This document shows positions 28,596-39,072 of a stretch of 64,000 bases of DNA, one piece after another. The notes under the pieces were generated by a model that worked only from the letters and a program-made list of their open reading frames with translations, was not told the DNA's origin and ran no database searches. Location of the stretch: assembly GCA_963749915.1 (NCBI GenBank), contig CAVVOP010000021.1, positions 512,001 through 576,000 on the forward strand. Direction: 5' to 3'. Source of the DNA: an uncultured cyanobacterium. GTDB taxonomy: Bacteria; Cyanobacteriota; Cyanobacteriia; Cyanobacteriales; Cyanobacteriaceae. Position numbers and translations under genes: made by a program. Each line of letters starts with the position of its first letter. Position 1 is the first letter of the stretch.

Positions 28596-30734
28596 TTGAA
28601 AAAAAGTTTTAATTTATTGAATGGGATGAAAGAGCTACTTAAATATTTTAAAATTATTCATAAAAGATGGCTTCCCGCCTCTTTGGTATTTGCAGTAGTT
28701 TTTTTCTTTTTGGGTTATGAAAGGTCAGAAAAAACTGTACCCCTTTATCGTGCGACGGGTACGATTATTTTTGATCAAAGAAATGATACCGCCACAGATC
28801 AAGTTGCGATAACGGAACAGAATAAATTAAACAATGATTTAGTCTTAATAAAGTCCGAATCTTTTGCAGAAAAAGTTAAACAAGATTTACAATTTCCCTT
28901 AGAAATAGATAATAAAAAACTGGCACAAGATTTAGTGGCAGTTAATCCTCAAAATAGTGATGTAATTTATTTATCCTTTACCGATGAAGATCCCAGAAAA
29001 GCCACGGATATTGTCAATGCATGGATTAGAAATTATGTGCAAATAGACAAAGATCAAACAGTTTCTCAAACCAGAGAATTAGCTAAATTTCTTGAAAAAC
29101 AGATTTCTGGCACTGAAAAATCCTTAGAATCTACAGCTAAAAAACTCAAAGACTTTAAACAAAATAATAACATTTTAGATATTAACACCGAAGCTACTTC
29201 TACTATTGCCAATATCACTCAAATCGAACGCCAAATTGCTGACATTGAAGCCGAATTAGTTTCCCAAAAATCTCGCCGAGATTCCTTAAAACAAATTTTT
29301 CAAGTTGACTCAGAAAGTGCTATTACTTCTAGCTTTGTTAATGAATCTCCTATTATTAATTCTCTGGTTAAACAAATTCAAGAAGTGCAAACTAAACTTG
29401 AACAAGAAAAACTGCGTTTTGGCGATCGGCATCCCCAAGTAGTTTCTTTACAACAACAGGAAATCGCCCTACAAGAACAACTGAAAAATTATGCTCAAAA
29501 TACCAATATAAAAGGTAATTTACCGGAGAATTTAAAGGGTATTTATCAACCCGGAACAACTCAAAGTAATCTCCTAACAGAATATGATGCCACAGAAAAA
29601 CAAATACAAAGTTTGGAAGCCCAATTAAAATCTTTAACAGAATTAATAGAAGTTTATCAAAAACGAGTCAAGACTCTTCCTCAGTTGGAGTTTGAGCATC
29701 AAAAGCTACAAAGAGAATTGAAGGCAAAAAGTGACGTATTAGAAAACTTAGTCAAAAATTATCAAGATGCCCAAATTACTATCAATAACACCCAAGGGAA
29801 TATTCGTTCTACGGAATTTGCCTCTATACCTCAGGAACCAACCATAAACCGCAGATTTCTTTATTTAGTACAAGGTTTTCTCGGCGGCATTTTAGCCGGT
29901 TCTCTAGTAGCTTATTCATTGGATAAATTGGATCAAAGAATTAACAATACTGATCAAATTAAAAAATATTTTAAACAACCCATCTTCGGAAAAATTCCTG
30001 ATTTTTACCGTCGTAAAAGTGATAACATCACAAGTAGTCTTCCTGTAAGAGACAATCCTGGTTCTACTATTACAGAGCATTTTCGGGCACTTTGTGCCAG
30101 TATCAAATTTATGGGCACGGAAGAAAAACCCTTAAAGGTAATTACAATTTCTAGTGCCATTCCTGGGGAAGGAACATCTACTATTGTCGCTAATATGGCC
30201 ATCGCCAGTTCCGAATTAGATGTAAAAGTATTATTAATTGAAGCCGACTTGAGGAACCCTGGACAAAGTAAAATTTGGAAAAATATAGATATATCAATGG
30301 GTTTAAGTGATTTATTACAGACAGAAAATAACTTATCATCCTCAGAATTGGCTATTTCTCCTATAATGCCAAATTTAGATATTTTACTGGCAGGGAATAC
30401 TCAATCTAATCCAGTTGTGTTGATAGGATCGCCCCAAATGGTATATCTACTTGAGGAAATGAAAAATAAGTATGATTTAATTATCATCGATGCACCACCC
30501 GTAAGTATAGCCGCCGATGCTCAAATTTTGGGACGTATGAGCGACGGAATGTTAATGGTTGTACGTCAAGGAAAAACTAATACATCAATGTTAGCTAGTA
30601 TCAGTGAATCGTTATCCCAAGCCGAAGTAAATATTCTCGGTTTATTGTTGAACTGTTTTACTGACGATAGTGATAACTACTATAGCTATAATTACTCATA
30701 CTACTACGATCAAAGTATGGGGAAGAAGGTATGA
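28596..30734 (+). CDS. wzc: Polysaccharide co-polymerase / BY-kinase (Wzc/GumC) with atypical Walker A
   Basis: Two TM segments around a coiled coil; SSAIPGEGTST, IEADLR, IIDAPP; C-terminal YYSYNYSYYY. Confidence 0.88.
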   Translation: MKKSFNLLNGMKELLKYFKIIHKRWLPASLVFAVVFFFLGYERSEKTVPLYRATGTIIFDQRNDTATDQVAITEQNKLNNDLVLIKSESFAEKVKQDLQFPLEIDNKKLAQDLVAVNPQNSDVIYLSFTDEDPRKATDIVNAWIRNYVQIDKDQTVSQTRELAKFLEKQISGTEKSLESTAKKLKDFKQNNNILDINTEATSTIANITQIERQIADIEAELVSQKSRRDSLKQIFQVDSESAITSSFVNESPIINSLVKQIQEVQTKLEQEKLRFGDRHPQVVSLQQQEIALQEQLKNYAQNTNIKGNLPENLKGIYQPGTTQSNLLTEYDATEKQIQSLEAQLKSLTELIEVYQKRVKTLPQLEFEHQKLQRELKAKSDVLENLVKNYQDAQITINNTQGNIRSTEFASIPQEPTINRRFLYLVQGFLGGILAGSLVAYSLDKLDQRINNTDQIKKYFKQPIFGKIPDFYRRKSDNITSSLPVRDNPGSTITEHFRALCASIKFMGTEEKPLKVITISSAIPGEGTSTIVANMAIASSELDVKVLLIEADLRNPGQSKIWKNIDISMGLSDLLQTENNLSSSELAISPIMPNLDILLAGNTQSNPVVLIGSPQMVYLLEEMKNKYDLIIIDAPPVSIAADAQILGRMSDGMLMVVRQGKTNTSMLASISESLSQAEVNILGLLLNCFTDDSDNYYSYNYSYYYDQSMGKKV

Positions 30735-31025
30735 AAAGGGGAACAGAGAAGATATATTCTGTGGTTGCAAGGAAAAAGATTGATTGACGGTTACCGTAAG
30801 TAACTTTTACATCATGATAATGGCTAAATCTTTCACGGGACTTTGTTTTTTACTATAATTGTCCATTTGTTATATAATATTTGACATTGTCAGCTTTACA
30901 AAAGCAGAACTAAATTAAACTAGATTATTACTTGCTTAAAGAATAATTTTTGATTAAATCCACATTGTCGGTTATTGTCCATTGTCCATTATCAATTTTT
31001 ATCCTTATTTCCTTTCTTGACAATA

Positions 31026-31919
31026 ATGAGTGATTATATTTTTGGTAGAGTTTTAACCGCTATGGTGACGCCCTTTAAGGAGGATTTGTCTGTTAATTAT
31101 GGTGTCGCTGAAAAATTAGCCGATCATTTGGTTAATAGTGGAAGTGATGGTTTAGTTATTTGCGGTACTACGGGAGAATCTCCTTCCCTTGAAGATAACG
31201 AAAAATATGAATTACTCAAAGTTGTTAAAAATGTCGTGGGTCATCGTGCTAAAATCGTCATGGGTACAGGGTCAAATTCTACCGCTAAAGCAATCAAAGA
31301 TACTCAAAAAGCTAGTAAAATAGGTGTTGATGGTTCGCTGCAGGTTGTTCCTTATTACAATAAACCCCCCCAAGAAGGCTTATATCAACACTTTAGCTCA
31401 ATAGCCAAATCCTGTCCCGATGTGCCGATGATGTTGTATAATATTCCTGGGAGGACGGGGAAAAACTTAGAACCAGAAACCACCGCCCAATTAGCGGAAG
31501 ATTTAGATAATATAGTAGCAGTAAAAGAAGCTAGTGCAGATTTAGAACAAACTGCTAAAATAAAAATACTTGCTCCTTCCGATTTTTTAATTTATTCAGG
31601 AGAAGACTTTTTGACTTTGCCCATGATGACGGTGGGAAGTGTCGGAGTTGTCAGCGTAGCCAGTCATTTAGTCGGCAATCAAATGCAAACCATGATTCAA
31701 GCCTACGAAAAAGGCGATAATTCTTTAGCCCAAGAAATTCAACAAAAATTGTATAGTTTATTTAAGGTTATATTTTGTAATACCAACCCTATTCCCATCA
31801 AATTTGCCCTACGATCACAAGGTTGGGATGTGGGTACGGTTAGATTACCCTTATCCAGTCTTCCCGTAAATCAGCAGATGGAAGTAGAAAAGGTTTTGGA
31901 GAATTTGAGCTTATTATAG
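31026..31919 (+). CDS. dapA: 4-hydroxy-tetrahydrodipicolinate synthase
   Basis: TAMVTPF, GTTGES, PYYNKP, LYNIPGRTG, VKEAS. Confidence 0.96.
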   Translation: MSDYIFGRVLTAMVTPFKEDLSVNYGVAEKLADHLVNSGSDGLVICGTTGESPSLEDNEKYELLKVVKNVVGHRAKIVMGTGSNSTAKAIKDTQKASKIGVDGSLQVVPYYNKPPQEGLYQHFSSIAKSCPDVPMMLYNIPGRTGKNLEPETTAQLAEDLDNIVAVKEASADLEQTAKIKILAPSDFLIYSGEDFLTLPMMTVGSVGVVSVASHLVGNQMQTMIQAYEKGDNSLAQEIQQKLYSLFKVIFCNTNPIPIKFALRSQGWDVGTVRLPLSSLPVNQQMEVEKVLENLSLL

Positions 31920-32122
31920 ATAGTAACTTTAGGTTAATTAGTCCCATTTAAAAGTAATAAAAGAAGTTTTTTAGTTAGGGAAATAGATATAATAAATCGT
32001 TTTTTAAAAGGAGGTTAAAAGTCATGTTCTTTCCATGATAAACGTTAAGGTGAGCATCGCCCACCGATTTTATAGTAATGATTATAAACAGTTTAGTAGC
32101 TAATCACAAAAAAGAAATAAAT

Positions 32123-34006
32123 ATGTACAAAATTCAAGCTAGAAAAAGAAAAACTAATGCACCGGAAAAACCCTCTATTATTCCTCCCGCAAGAAATAAT
32201 AAGCCTACCTTAAAGGTGATTCCCCTCGGCGGATTACATGAGATTGGTAAAAATACTTGTATCTATGAATATGAAGACGAAATCATTTTAGTTGATGCGG
32301 GCATCGGTTTCCCTACGGATGGAATGCATGGTATAAATGTAGTGTTACCTGACATGACTTATCTTAAGGAAAATCAGCATAAAATCAAGGCTATGATAGC
32401 AACTCATGGTCATGAAGATCATATTGGCGGTATTCCTTATCATCTCAAACAAATTGATACACCCATAATTTATGGTCCTCGCCTAGCTATGTCTTTGCTA
32501 CGGGATAAATTGGAGGAATCTGGATTACATGAGCGCACCATCATTAAAACTGTCGCACCCCGTGAAGTTGTTAAAATTGGCAAACATTTTAAAGTAGAAT
32601 TCATTCGCAATACACATTCCATCGCTGATAGTTTCACCCTTGCCATTCACACCCCTATTGGTATCTTGATTCACACGGGAGACTATAAAGTAGACCATAC
32701 CCCCGTAGATGGTGAGTATTTCGACTTTCATCGTTTAGCACAATTAGGACAGGAAGGGATATTATGTTTATTAGGGGATTCTACTAACTCGGAAGTACCC
32801 GGTTTTACTCCGTCCGAAAGGTCAGTTTACCCCGGTTTGGATCGTGCTTTCACCCAGGCTAAAGGGCGTTTGATGGTGACTACTTTTGCGACTTCTGTGC
32901 ATCGGGTTAACATACTCCTAGATTTGGCCATGAAACATAATCGCAAAGTAGGCGTTGTCGGACGATCGATGTTAAACGTCATTGCCCATGCTCGCAATTT
33001 AGGCTATATCAAAGTCCCTGATAATTTATTTGTGCCTTTACGACAATTAGGTAGTTTACCAGATAACGAGGTGTTAATCCTTTGTACTGGTTCTCAGGGA
33101 GAAAAATTTGCTGCTATGACGAGAATTTCTCGCAGTGAACATCGTCAGGTAAAAGTCCGTCCAGGTGATACAATTATTTTTTCGGCTAATCCTATTCCGG
33201 GTAACACTATCCCCGTGGTGAATACCATCGATCGCCTGATGATGCAAGGAGCCAATGTAATTTATGGAAAACAGGCAGGTGTACATGTTTCGGGGCATGG
33301 TTGTCAAGAGGATCAAAAATTGATGTTGGCCTTGACTAAGCCAAAGTTTTTTGTACCTGTACACGGCGAGCATAGAATGTTAGTACAACACTCGAAAACC
33401 GCTCAAAGTGTCGGTATTCCTGCTGAAAATATGATTATTATCAACAACGGGGACACCATCGAATTAACGGCGGATAGTATTGCTAAGGGTGATAAAGTAC
33501 CTTCGGGTATTCAATTAGTTGATACTGCTGGAGTGGTTCATGATAACGTCATGGAAGAACGTCAACAGTTAGCCGAAGATGGTGTAATTACTGTAGCCGC
33601 TAGTATTGATAATGAAGGACGTTTATTGAATCAACCGCAAATTAATTTACGAGGTGTTGTGTGTAAAATCGAAATTTCTACCCTTGAGCGCCTAATTATT
33701 CGTGCCATTGATAAAACCATTGTCGATCGCCTCAAAAGTAGTTTGCTATTAAATGGTCATAATGAGGTTAACTGGACAAGTATTCGCATCGATGTGGAGG
33801 CAAACTTAGGGCGTTTGATTCAACGGGAATTGAACAGCGAACCTTTAGTTATTTTTATGTTACAGATACAGGAAACCAATCCTCAAAAGATCACAACCCG
33901 TAGCAATGGTAACGGAAATGTTACTGACATTGATGGTGACAAAGAGGAAGAAGAAAGCGATGGAAAATTTACTCGCCGTCGTCGTAAAACGACTGTTTCC
34001 GTGTAA
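32123..34006 (+). CDS. rnj: Ribonuclease J
   Basis: PLGGLHEIGKN, THGHEDHIG, HTGDYK, TGSQGE, HVSGH, PVHGE. Confidence 0.96.
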   Translation: MYKIQARKRKTNAPEKPSIIPPARNNKPTLKVIPLGGLHEIGKNTCIYEYEDEIILVDAGIGFPTDGMHGINVVLPDMTYLKENQHKIKAMIATHGHEDHIGGIPYHLKQIDTPIIYGPRLAMSLLRDKLEESGLHERTIIKTVAPREVVKIGKHFKVEFIRNTHSIADSFTLAIHTPIGILIHTGDYKVDHTPVDGEYFDFHRLAQLGQEGILCLLGDSTNSEVPGFTPSERSVYPGLDRAFTQAKGRLMVTTFATSVHRVNILLDLAMKHNRKVGVVGRSMLNVIAHARNLGYIKVPDNLFVPLRQLGSLPDNEVLILCTGSQGEKFAAMTRISRSEHRQVKVRPGDTIIFSANPIPGNTIPVVNTIDRLMMQGANVIYGKQAGVHVSGHGCQEDQKLMLALTKPKFFVPVHGEHRMLVQHSKTAQSVGIPAENMIIINNGDTIELTADSIAKGDKVPSGIQLVDTAGVVHDNVMEERQQLAEDGVITVAASIDNEGRLLNQPQINLRGVVCKIEISTLERLIIRAIDKTIVDRLKSSLLLNGHNEVNWTSIRIDVEANLGRLIQRELNSEPLVIFMLQIQETNPQKITTRSNGNGNVTDIDGDKEEEESDGKFTRRRRKTTVSV

Positions 34007-34093
34007 ATAAACATTCCTGAAAAATCTTCTCTTGATTATCTTGACAGGAATATGAGAGCATGAGAGTAAAATTATCTCTGACGTTGAACTAAG

Positions 34094-35119
34094 ATGAATG
34101 ATGTAATTACCATTAAAAATTTACAGAAGAGTTACGGTCAAGTAAAAGCTCTCAAAAATATCTCATTTTCCGTCAAAACTGGAGAAATTTTCGGTTTATT
34201 AGGACCAAATGGTGCAGGAAAGACGACTACGATTCGATGCTTGACTACTCTCGCCAAATCTGACTCAGGAGAGATTTTGATTGACGGTGTATCCGCTATC
34301 ACTCAGCCAAAACAAGTTCGCCAAAAGTTGGGTTATGTGGCACAGGAGGTGGCCATCGATAAGGTTTTGACGGGGAGGGAATTGTTACAGTTACAAGCCT
34401 CTATTTATCATTTACCCCCTTCTTTGGCAAAAAAAAGAATTGACCAATTATTGAATTTGCTGGGTTTACAGGAATATAGCGATCGCCAAACAGGCACTTA
34501 TTCTGGAGGTATTCGCAAACGTCTCGATTTGGCCGCAGGATTACTTCATCAACCCCAAGTGTTAGTATTAGATGAGCCTTCTGTTGGGTTAGACATCGAA
34601 AGTCGCATGATAGTCTGGGATTTCTTGGGTCAACTCAAACAAGCAGGTACGACAGTATTAATAACCAGCCATTATTTGGAAGAAATAGATGCCCTGGCCG
34701 ATCGCTTGGCCATTATTGATCAGGGTGAAGTTATCGCCGAAGGTAGCCCTTCTAGTTTAAAAGATTGTTTAGGTGGCGATCGCATTACCTTAAAAATTAG
34801 GGAATTTTCTACTTCAGAAGAAGCACAAACCGCCCAAGAAAAATTATCACAACTCCCTTTTGTCGAAAATATTATCATTAATCAAGCCCAAGGAAATTCA
34901 TTAAACTTGATTGTTACCCCAAAAAGTAATCCTATTAGTAAAATAGAACAAACCCTCACAGAAATTGATTTGCCGATGTTTAGTATCAGTCAATCTCGCC
35001 CTAGTTTAGATGATGTTTATTTGGCCGCAACGGGAAAAACCTTAATAGATGCGGAAATAGAAGCCTCTACCCGTAGGGATTTGAAAGCCGAGAAAAAACA
35101 AGCTATGAAAACCAATTAA
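34094..35119 (+). CDS. ABC transporter ATP-binding protein (DrrA-like)
   Basis: GPNGAGKTT, YSGG, LDEP, TSHY. Confidence 0.92.
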   Translation: MNDVITIKNLQKSYGQVKALKNISFSVKTGEIFGLLGPNGAGKTTTIRCLTTLAKSDSGEILIDGVSAITQPKQVRQKLGYVAQEVAIDKVLTGRELLQLQASIYHLPPSLAKKRIDQLLNLLGLQEYSDRQTGTYSGGIRKRLDLAAGLLHQPQVLVLDEPSVGLDIESRMIVWDFLGQLKQAGTTVLITSHYLEEIDALADRLAIIDQGEVIAEGSPSSLKDCLGGDRITLKIREFSTSEEAQTAQEKLSQLPFVENIIINQAQGNSLNLIVTPKSNPISKIEQTLTEIDLPMFSISQSRPSLDDVYLAATGKTLIDAEIEASTRRDLKAEKKQAMKTN

Positions 35120-35140
35120 CAATTAGTAATAAATTATCTT

Positions 35141-35231
35141 TCGTCGTCAGGGCTTTAGCCTTTCAATTCCATGGTCAGGGTTTTACGCTTTTAATCTAAA
35201 CATTATGAACTCTAAAGGGTTTACTACAAAC
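35141..35231. repeat. Degenerate REP-like inverted pair
   Basis: TCGTCGTCAGGGCTTTAG ... CTAAAGGGTTTACTACAAA between the two ABC genes. Confidence 0.45.
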
Positions 35232-35244
35232 ATTATTTAAAATT

Positions 35245-36135
35245 ATGACTCAAAGTATTTCAACTAATCAATTTACAGAAATTTTAGCCCCTAATTCTAA
35301 TACTCAAATAAATCAAAAAAATAATGCTTTTAGAAATTTTTTACAAGAAACTTTAGCTCTTACAAAACGCTTATTCATCCAACTACAGCGTAGGCCATCA
35401 AGCCTTGTTGCTGGAGTTATTCAACCATTTATGTGGTTAATTTTATTTGGAGCCTTATTTTACCAAGCCCCCCAAAGTTTATTCGGAAATAACGTAACTT
35501 ACGGTCAATTTCTAGCTCCGGGAATCATTATTTTTACTGCTTTTTCTGGTGCATTAAATGCTGGATTACCCATAATGTTTGATCGAGAATTTGGCTTTTT
35601 AAATAGACTATTAGTGGCACCATTGGCCTCTCGTTTTTCCATTGTCGCCGCCTCCACCATTTATATTATTACCCTCAGTTTCATCCAAACCGCCGTTATC
35701 ATCGTCGCCAGTGCTTTTATTGGTGCCGGTTTACCTAGTTTTGGCGGCTTAAGTGCCATCGCATTAATAGTTTTCTTGATAGTATTAGGGGTAACAGGAT
35801 TAAGCCTCGGATTTGCCTTTGCCTTGCCGGGACATATTGAATTACTAGCCGTCATTTTTGTGATCAATTTACCCCTTTTATTTGCGAGTACGGCTTTAGC
35901 ACCACTGTCATTCATGGCAGGATGGTTACAAATCATCGCCAGTTTAAATCCTCTAACCTATGCTATTGAGCCTATACGCCATATTTATCAAAATTCTGAT
36001 TGGAGTTTTGTTAGTATAGTAATGAGTACACCTTGGGGAGATCTTAATTTTGCTACAATTTTATCATTGTTATTCGCCTTTGACGTAGTAATTTTACTAT
36101 GTATCAAGCCATTGTTAAGTCGTCGTTTTGCCTAA
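35245..36135 (+). CDS. ABC-2 type permease (Ycf38-like)
   Basis: IQPFMWLILFG, MFDREFGFLNRLLVAPL, LNPLTYAIEP. Confidence 0.9.
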   Translation: MTQSISTNQFTEILAPNSNTQINQKNNAFRNFLQETLALTKRLFIQLQRRPSSLVAGVIQPFMWLILFGALFYQAPQSLFGNNVTYGQFLAPGIIIFTAFSGALNAGLPIMFDREFGFLNRLLVAPLASRFSIVAASTIYIITLSFIQTAVIIVASAFIGAGLPSFGGLSAIALIVFLIVLGVTGLSLGFAFALPGHIELLAVIFVINLPLLFASTALAPLSFMAGWLQIIASLNPLTYAIEPIRHIYQNSDWSFVSIVMSTPWGDLNFATILSLLFAFDVVILLCIKPLLSRRFA

Positions 36136-36462
36136 ATCAAACTTAAACTTCTGCTATATTTTCACCTTTCAAAAAGAGGTTGAGAATGTTCACAGTTGCC
36201 CTTTTTTAATTTTTAAAATTAGGTGATAAAATTAAAAAATAAAAATATCTTCAAAAGGCTTAGAAGCCCGAAATAAAGATGGTTTTGATGGCAAAATGTT
36301 AGGTTTGAGTTACGCAAAAAAATAACAAAGAACATCAAGATAGGTTATCTTTTTAGTAATAAAACTAACGATTAAATATTGATCATTGCTTATTACAAAA
36401 ATAAGGAAACAAAAAATAATTATCCTTCGTCAAAACTATCAACAATTTGGATATATAAACCG

Positions 36463-36810
36463 ATGAAAAATATCACTAATTCAAAAATTTTAGCTAGTAT
36501 AATCGTTAGTTTGGGTTTAATCACCATAACTCATAACCCAGTAAATGCTCAAAGTTTTAATAATAAACAACCTGAACCCTTTCAATCTAACGAAAAAAAT
36601 CCCCTTCATGGAAACGGCATCAACCCCTTAGAATTAATTCATAATGCCAACTTTTTCAATGGTCGCAATGGTGCAGATTTTGCCGAGGATACTAACCGGA
36701 ACCTCGACTCCGCCGCCGAAGATTTTAAACAACAACAATTAAAAAGAATGATGGAAATACAAAAACAAGAAGAATCAACTCCGGCAGACAATGGCACTGA
36801 ATCCTTATAA
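36463..36810 (+). CDS. Hypothetical exported protein
   Basis: Signal peptide ending VNAQ; FQSNE..P, NPLELIHNAN. Confidence 0.7.
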   Translation: MKNITNSKILASIIVSLGLITITHNPVNAQSFNNKQPEPFQSNEKNPLHGNGINPLELIHNANFFNGRNGADFAEDTNRNLDSAAEDFKQQQLKRMMEIQKQEESTPADNGTESL

Positions 36811-36813
36811 AAA

Positions 36814-38256
36814 ATGAATTTAACTTTATACAACACCCTCACCAATCGAGAAGAAGAATTTATTCCCCTTAATCCTAACACTGTCAATATGTATTGTTGT
36901 GGTATTACTGTCTATGATTATTGTCATTTAGGTCATGCTCGTACCTGTATTGTTTGGGATGTTGTAAGACGTTATTTAACATGGAGAGGCTATAAAGTTA
37001 AATATATTCAAAATTTTACCGATATTGATGATAAAATTCTCAATCGTGCAAAACAGGAAAATACCACGATGGAGGAGGTTTCTGAGCGTTTTATTCAGGC
37101 TTATTTTGAGGACATGAAATGGTTAAACGTTAAACCTGCTGACTTTTATCCCCGTGCCACCCATACCCTTGACGGCATTAAAAAATTAATTTGGGAACTG
37201 GAAGAAAAAGGTTTTGCTTATGAAACCGAAGGGGATGTTTATTATTCCGTTAGTAAATTTAAAGATTATGGTAAATTATCAGGGCGCAAGTTAGAGGATT
37301 TACAAACGGGTGCTAGTGGAAGACTCAATCAAAGTGAGGCAGTAAAAAAACAACCCTTCGATTTTGCTTTATGGAAATCTGCTAAAGCCGATGAACCTAG
37401 TTTTGATTCTCCTTGGGGAAAAGGCCGCCCTGGTTGGCATATTGAATGCTCAGCGATGGTTAGGGAGATGTTAGGGGAAACTATTGATATTCATGTGGGG
37501 GGTAATGATCTTATTTTTCCTCACCATGAAAACGAAATCGCTCAATCCGAAGGGGTTACGGGTAAACCTTTAGCCCGTTATTGGTTGCATAATGGCATGG
37601 TGAAGGTGGATGGCGAGAAAATGTCCAAATCCCTCGGTAATTTTATTACTATTCGGGATTTATTGGCAAAATATAATCCTATGGCTATCCGTCTTTTTAT
37701 CTTACAGGCTAATTATCGTAAACCTCTTGACTTCACAGATGAGGCGATGGAGGCTGCAACTAATGGTTGGCACACTTTAGCTGAGGGACTACTTTTCGGA
37801 ATTAAGTATAGAGAACAGCTAAATTGGAAGGAAAAAACCCATGGTAGTTTTATCAAATCAGTTCAGGATCACTTTTGTCAAGTAGTAGATCATGATTTTA
37901 ATTTTGCGGCGGGGTTAGCGATTTTGTTTGAACTAGCGAAGGAGTTGCGCAAAGAAGGCAATTTATTAATCCATGAGGGCAAAACTAGCCAATCGACAAA
38001 GGATTTAGAAGATAAATGGCACACTTTAGTTACTTTAGCTCAAGTTTTGGGTTTAGAGACAGATTTTTCCGCGGTTTCCCCGTCTTCTCATTCCCTCACC
38101 GATGCTGAAATTGAGTCTTTAATTGAACAACGGTTGAAGGCTCGTAAGGCAAAAAACTATCAAGAAAGCGACGGAATTCGAGATTTATTGAAAGAAAAAG
38201 GAGTTACCCTGATTGATGCCCCTGGCGGTGTCACTAAATGGCATTGGGAGAATTAA
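36814..38256 (+). CDS. cysS: Cysteine--tRNA ligase
   Basis: CGITVYDYCHLGHAR, GRPGWHIECS, FPHHENE, KMSKS. Confidence 0.97.
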   Translation: MNLTLYNTLTNREEEFIPLNPNTVNMYCCGITVYDYCHLGHARTCIVWDVVRRYLTWRGYKVKYIQNFTDIDDKILNRAKQENTTMEEVSERFIQAYFEDMKWLNVKPADFYPRATHTLDGIKKLIWELEEKGFAYETEGDVYYSVSKFKDYGKLSGRKLEDLQTGASGRLNQSEAVKKQPFDFALWKSAKADEPSFDSPWGKGRPGWHIECSAMVREMLGETIDIHVGGNDLIFPHHENEIAQSEGVTGKPLARYWLHNGMVKVDGEKMSKSLGNFITIRDLLAKYNPMAIRLFILQANYRKPLDFTDEAMEAATNGWHTLAEGLLFGIKYREQLNWKEKTHGSFIKSVQDHFCQVVDHDFNFAAGLAILFELAKELRKEGNLLIHEGKTSQSTKDLEDKWHTLVTLAQVLGLETDFSAVSPSSHSLTDAEIESLIEQRLKARKAKNYQESDGIRDLLKEKGVTLIDAPGGVTKWHWEN

Positions 38257-38318
38257 TAATAAACCACTTTTCGGGCTTCGTTTTTTAAGTGCCATAGAAT
38301 TAAATAAATTTAAGCTAG

Positions 38319-38906
38319 CTAGGGATTAACGGCATTCATTAACCATTTATCCTCACTGGTAAGCTCATAAATGTGGCGATTTTGAGGGTTACTTCTCAAT
38401 TCTAAATGATCAACCCTCTCAGGATTAAATAATAATAAACAAAAGTTAACTGCTGGTTTTTTTTCGTCTATATTAAAAGCAATTATTTCTTTATTTTCTG
38501 CTAACAATGTGCCCGGATTTGCCCAGTAAAATTGTTCTTTTCCAGCTTGACTAAGTTTTTCCCACGCTTTTTGACGCTGGGATAATAACCTTTCACCTTC
38601 ATACTTTTCTGTAATTAATTCTACCTTTCCTCTAATTCTAAATTGTTCTCTAGTTTTGGCAAAATACCAACAAATCTCTCCCTGGGGATTTTTGCTTAAA
38701 TGAATAAATTTCTCACTGCGAATATCCGTTACAACTTCGATCTTATTACTTTTATCTAAAAATCCTCTAAATACCACTGTCCTATTGGCGGGATAACCGG
38801 CTTCCGTCACTGTTGCTAATGAAAAATAACGACTGAATATTTGCGATCGATTACGATGTAATGCTCTTTGTAAATGCGATCGCCAAGGTGCTAAAAAATC
38901 AGACAT
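38319..38906 (-). CDS. Pyridoxamine 5'-phosphate oxidase-like FMN-binding protein
   Basis: LATV...PANRTVVFRGF, TDIRSEK, CWYF.KTREQFRIRG, VDHLEL. Confidence 0.88.
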   Translation of the reverse strand: MSDFLAPWRSHLQRALHRNRSQIFSRYFSLATVTEAGYPANRTVVFRGFLDKSNKIEVVTDIRSEKFIHLSKNPQGEICWYFAKTREQFRIRGKVELITEKYEGERLLSQRQKAWEKLSQAGKEQFYWANPGTLLAENKEIIAFNIDEKKPAVNFCLLLFNPERVDHLELRSNPQNRHIYELTSEDKWLMNAVNP

Positions 38907-39072
38907 AAAAATAAAGACTAATCTTAAGTTTTGTAAATGAAAGTAAAATAATGTTAAATTAACTTATTAAATCTTAGAAAAAATGTTGCCAAAATGTAAG
39001 GTAAAATAAACATTAAAAGAGATAGTTAAAATTAAATTAATCTCCTAATTCGCTCCCTAACAAAAAAAAATT

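Noticed and set aside
30796..30811. NtcA box upstream of dapA
   Set aside because: GTA-to-TAC spacing is not the required 8 nt.
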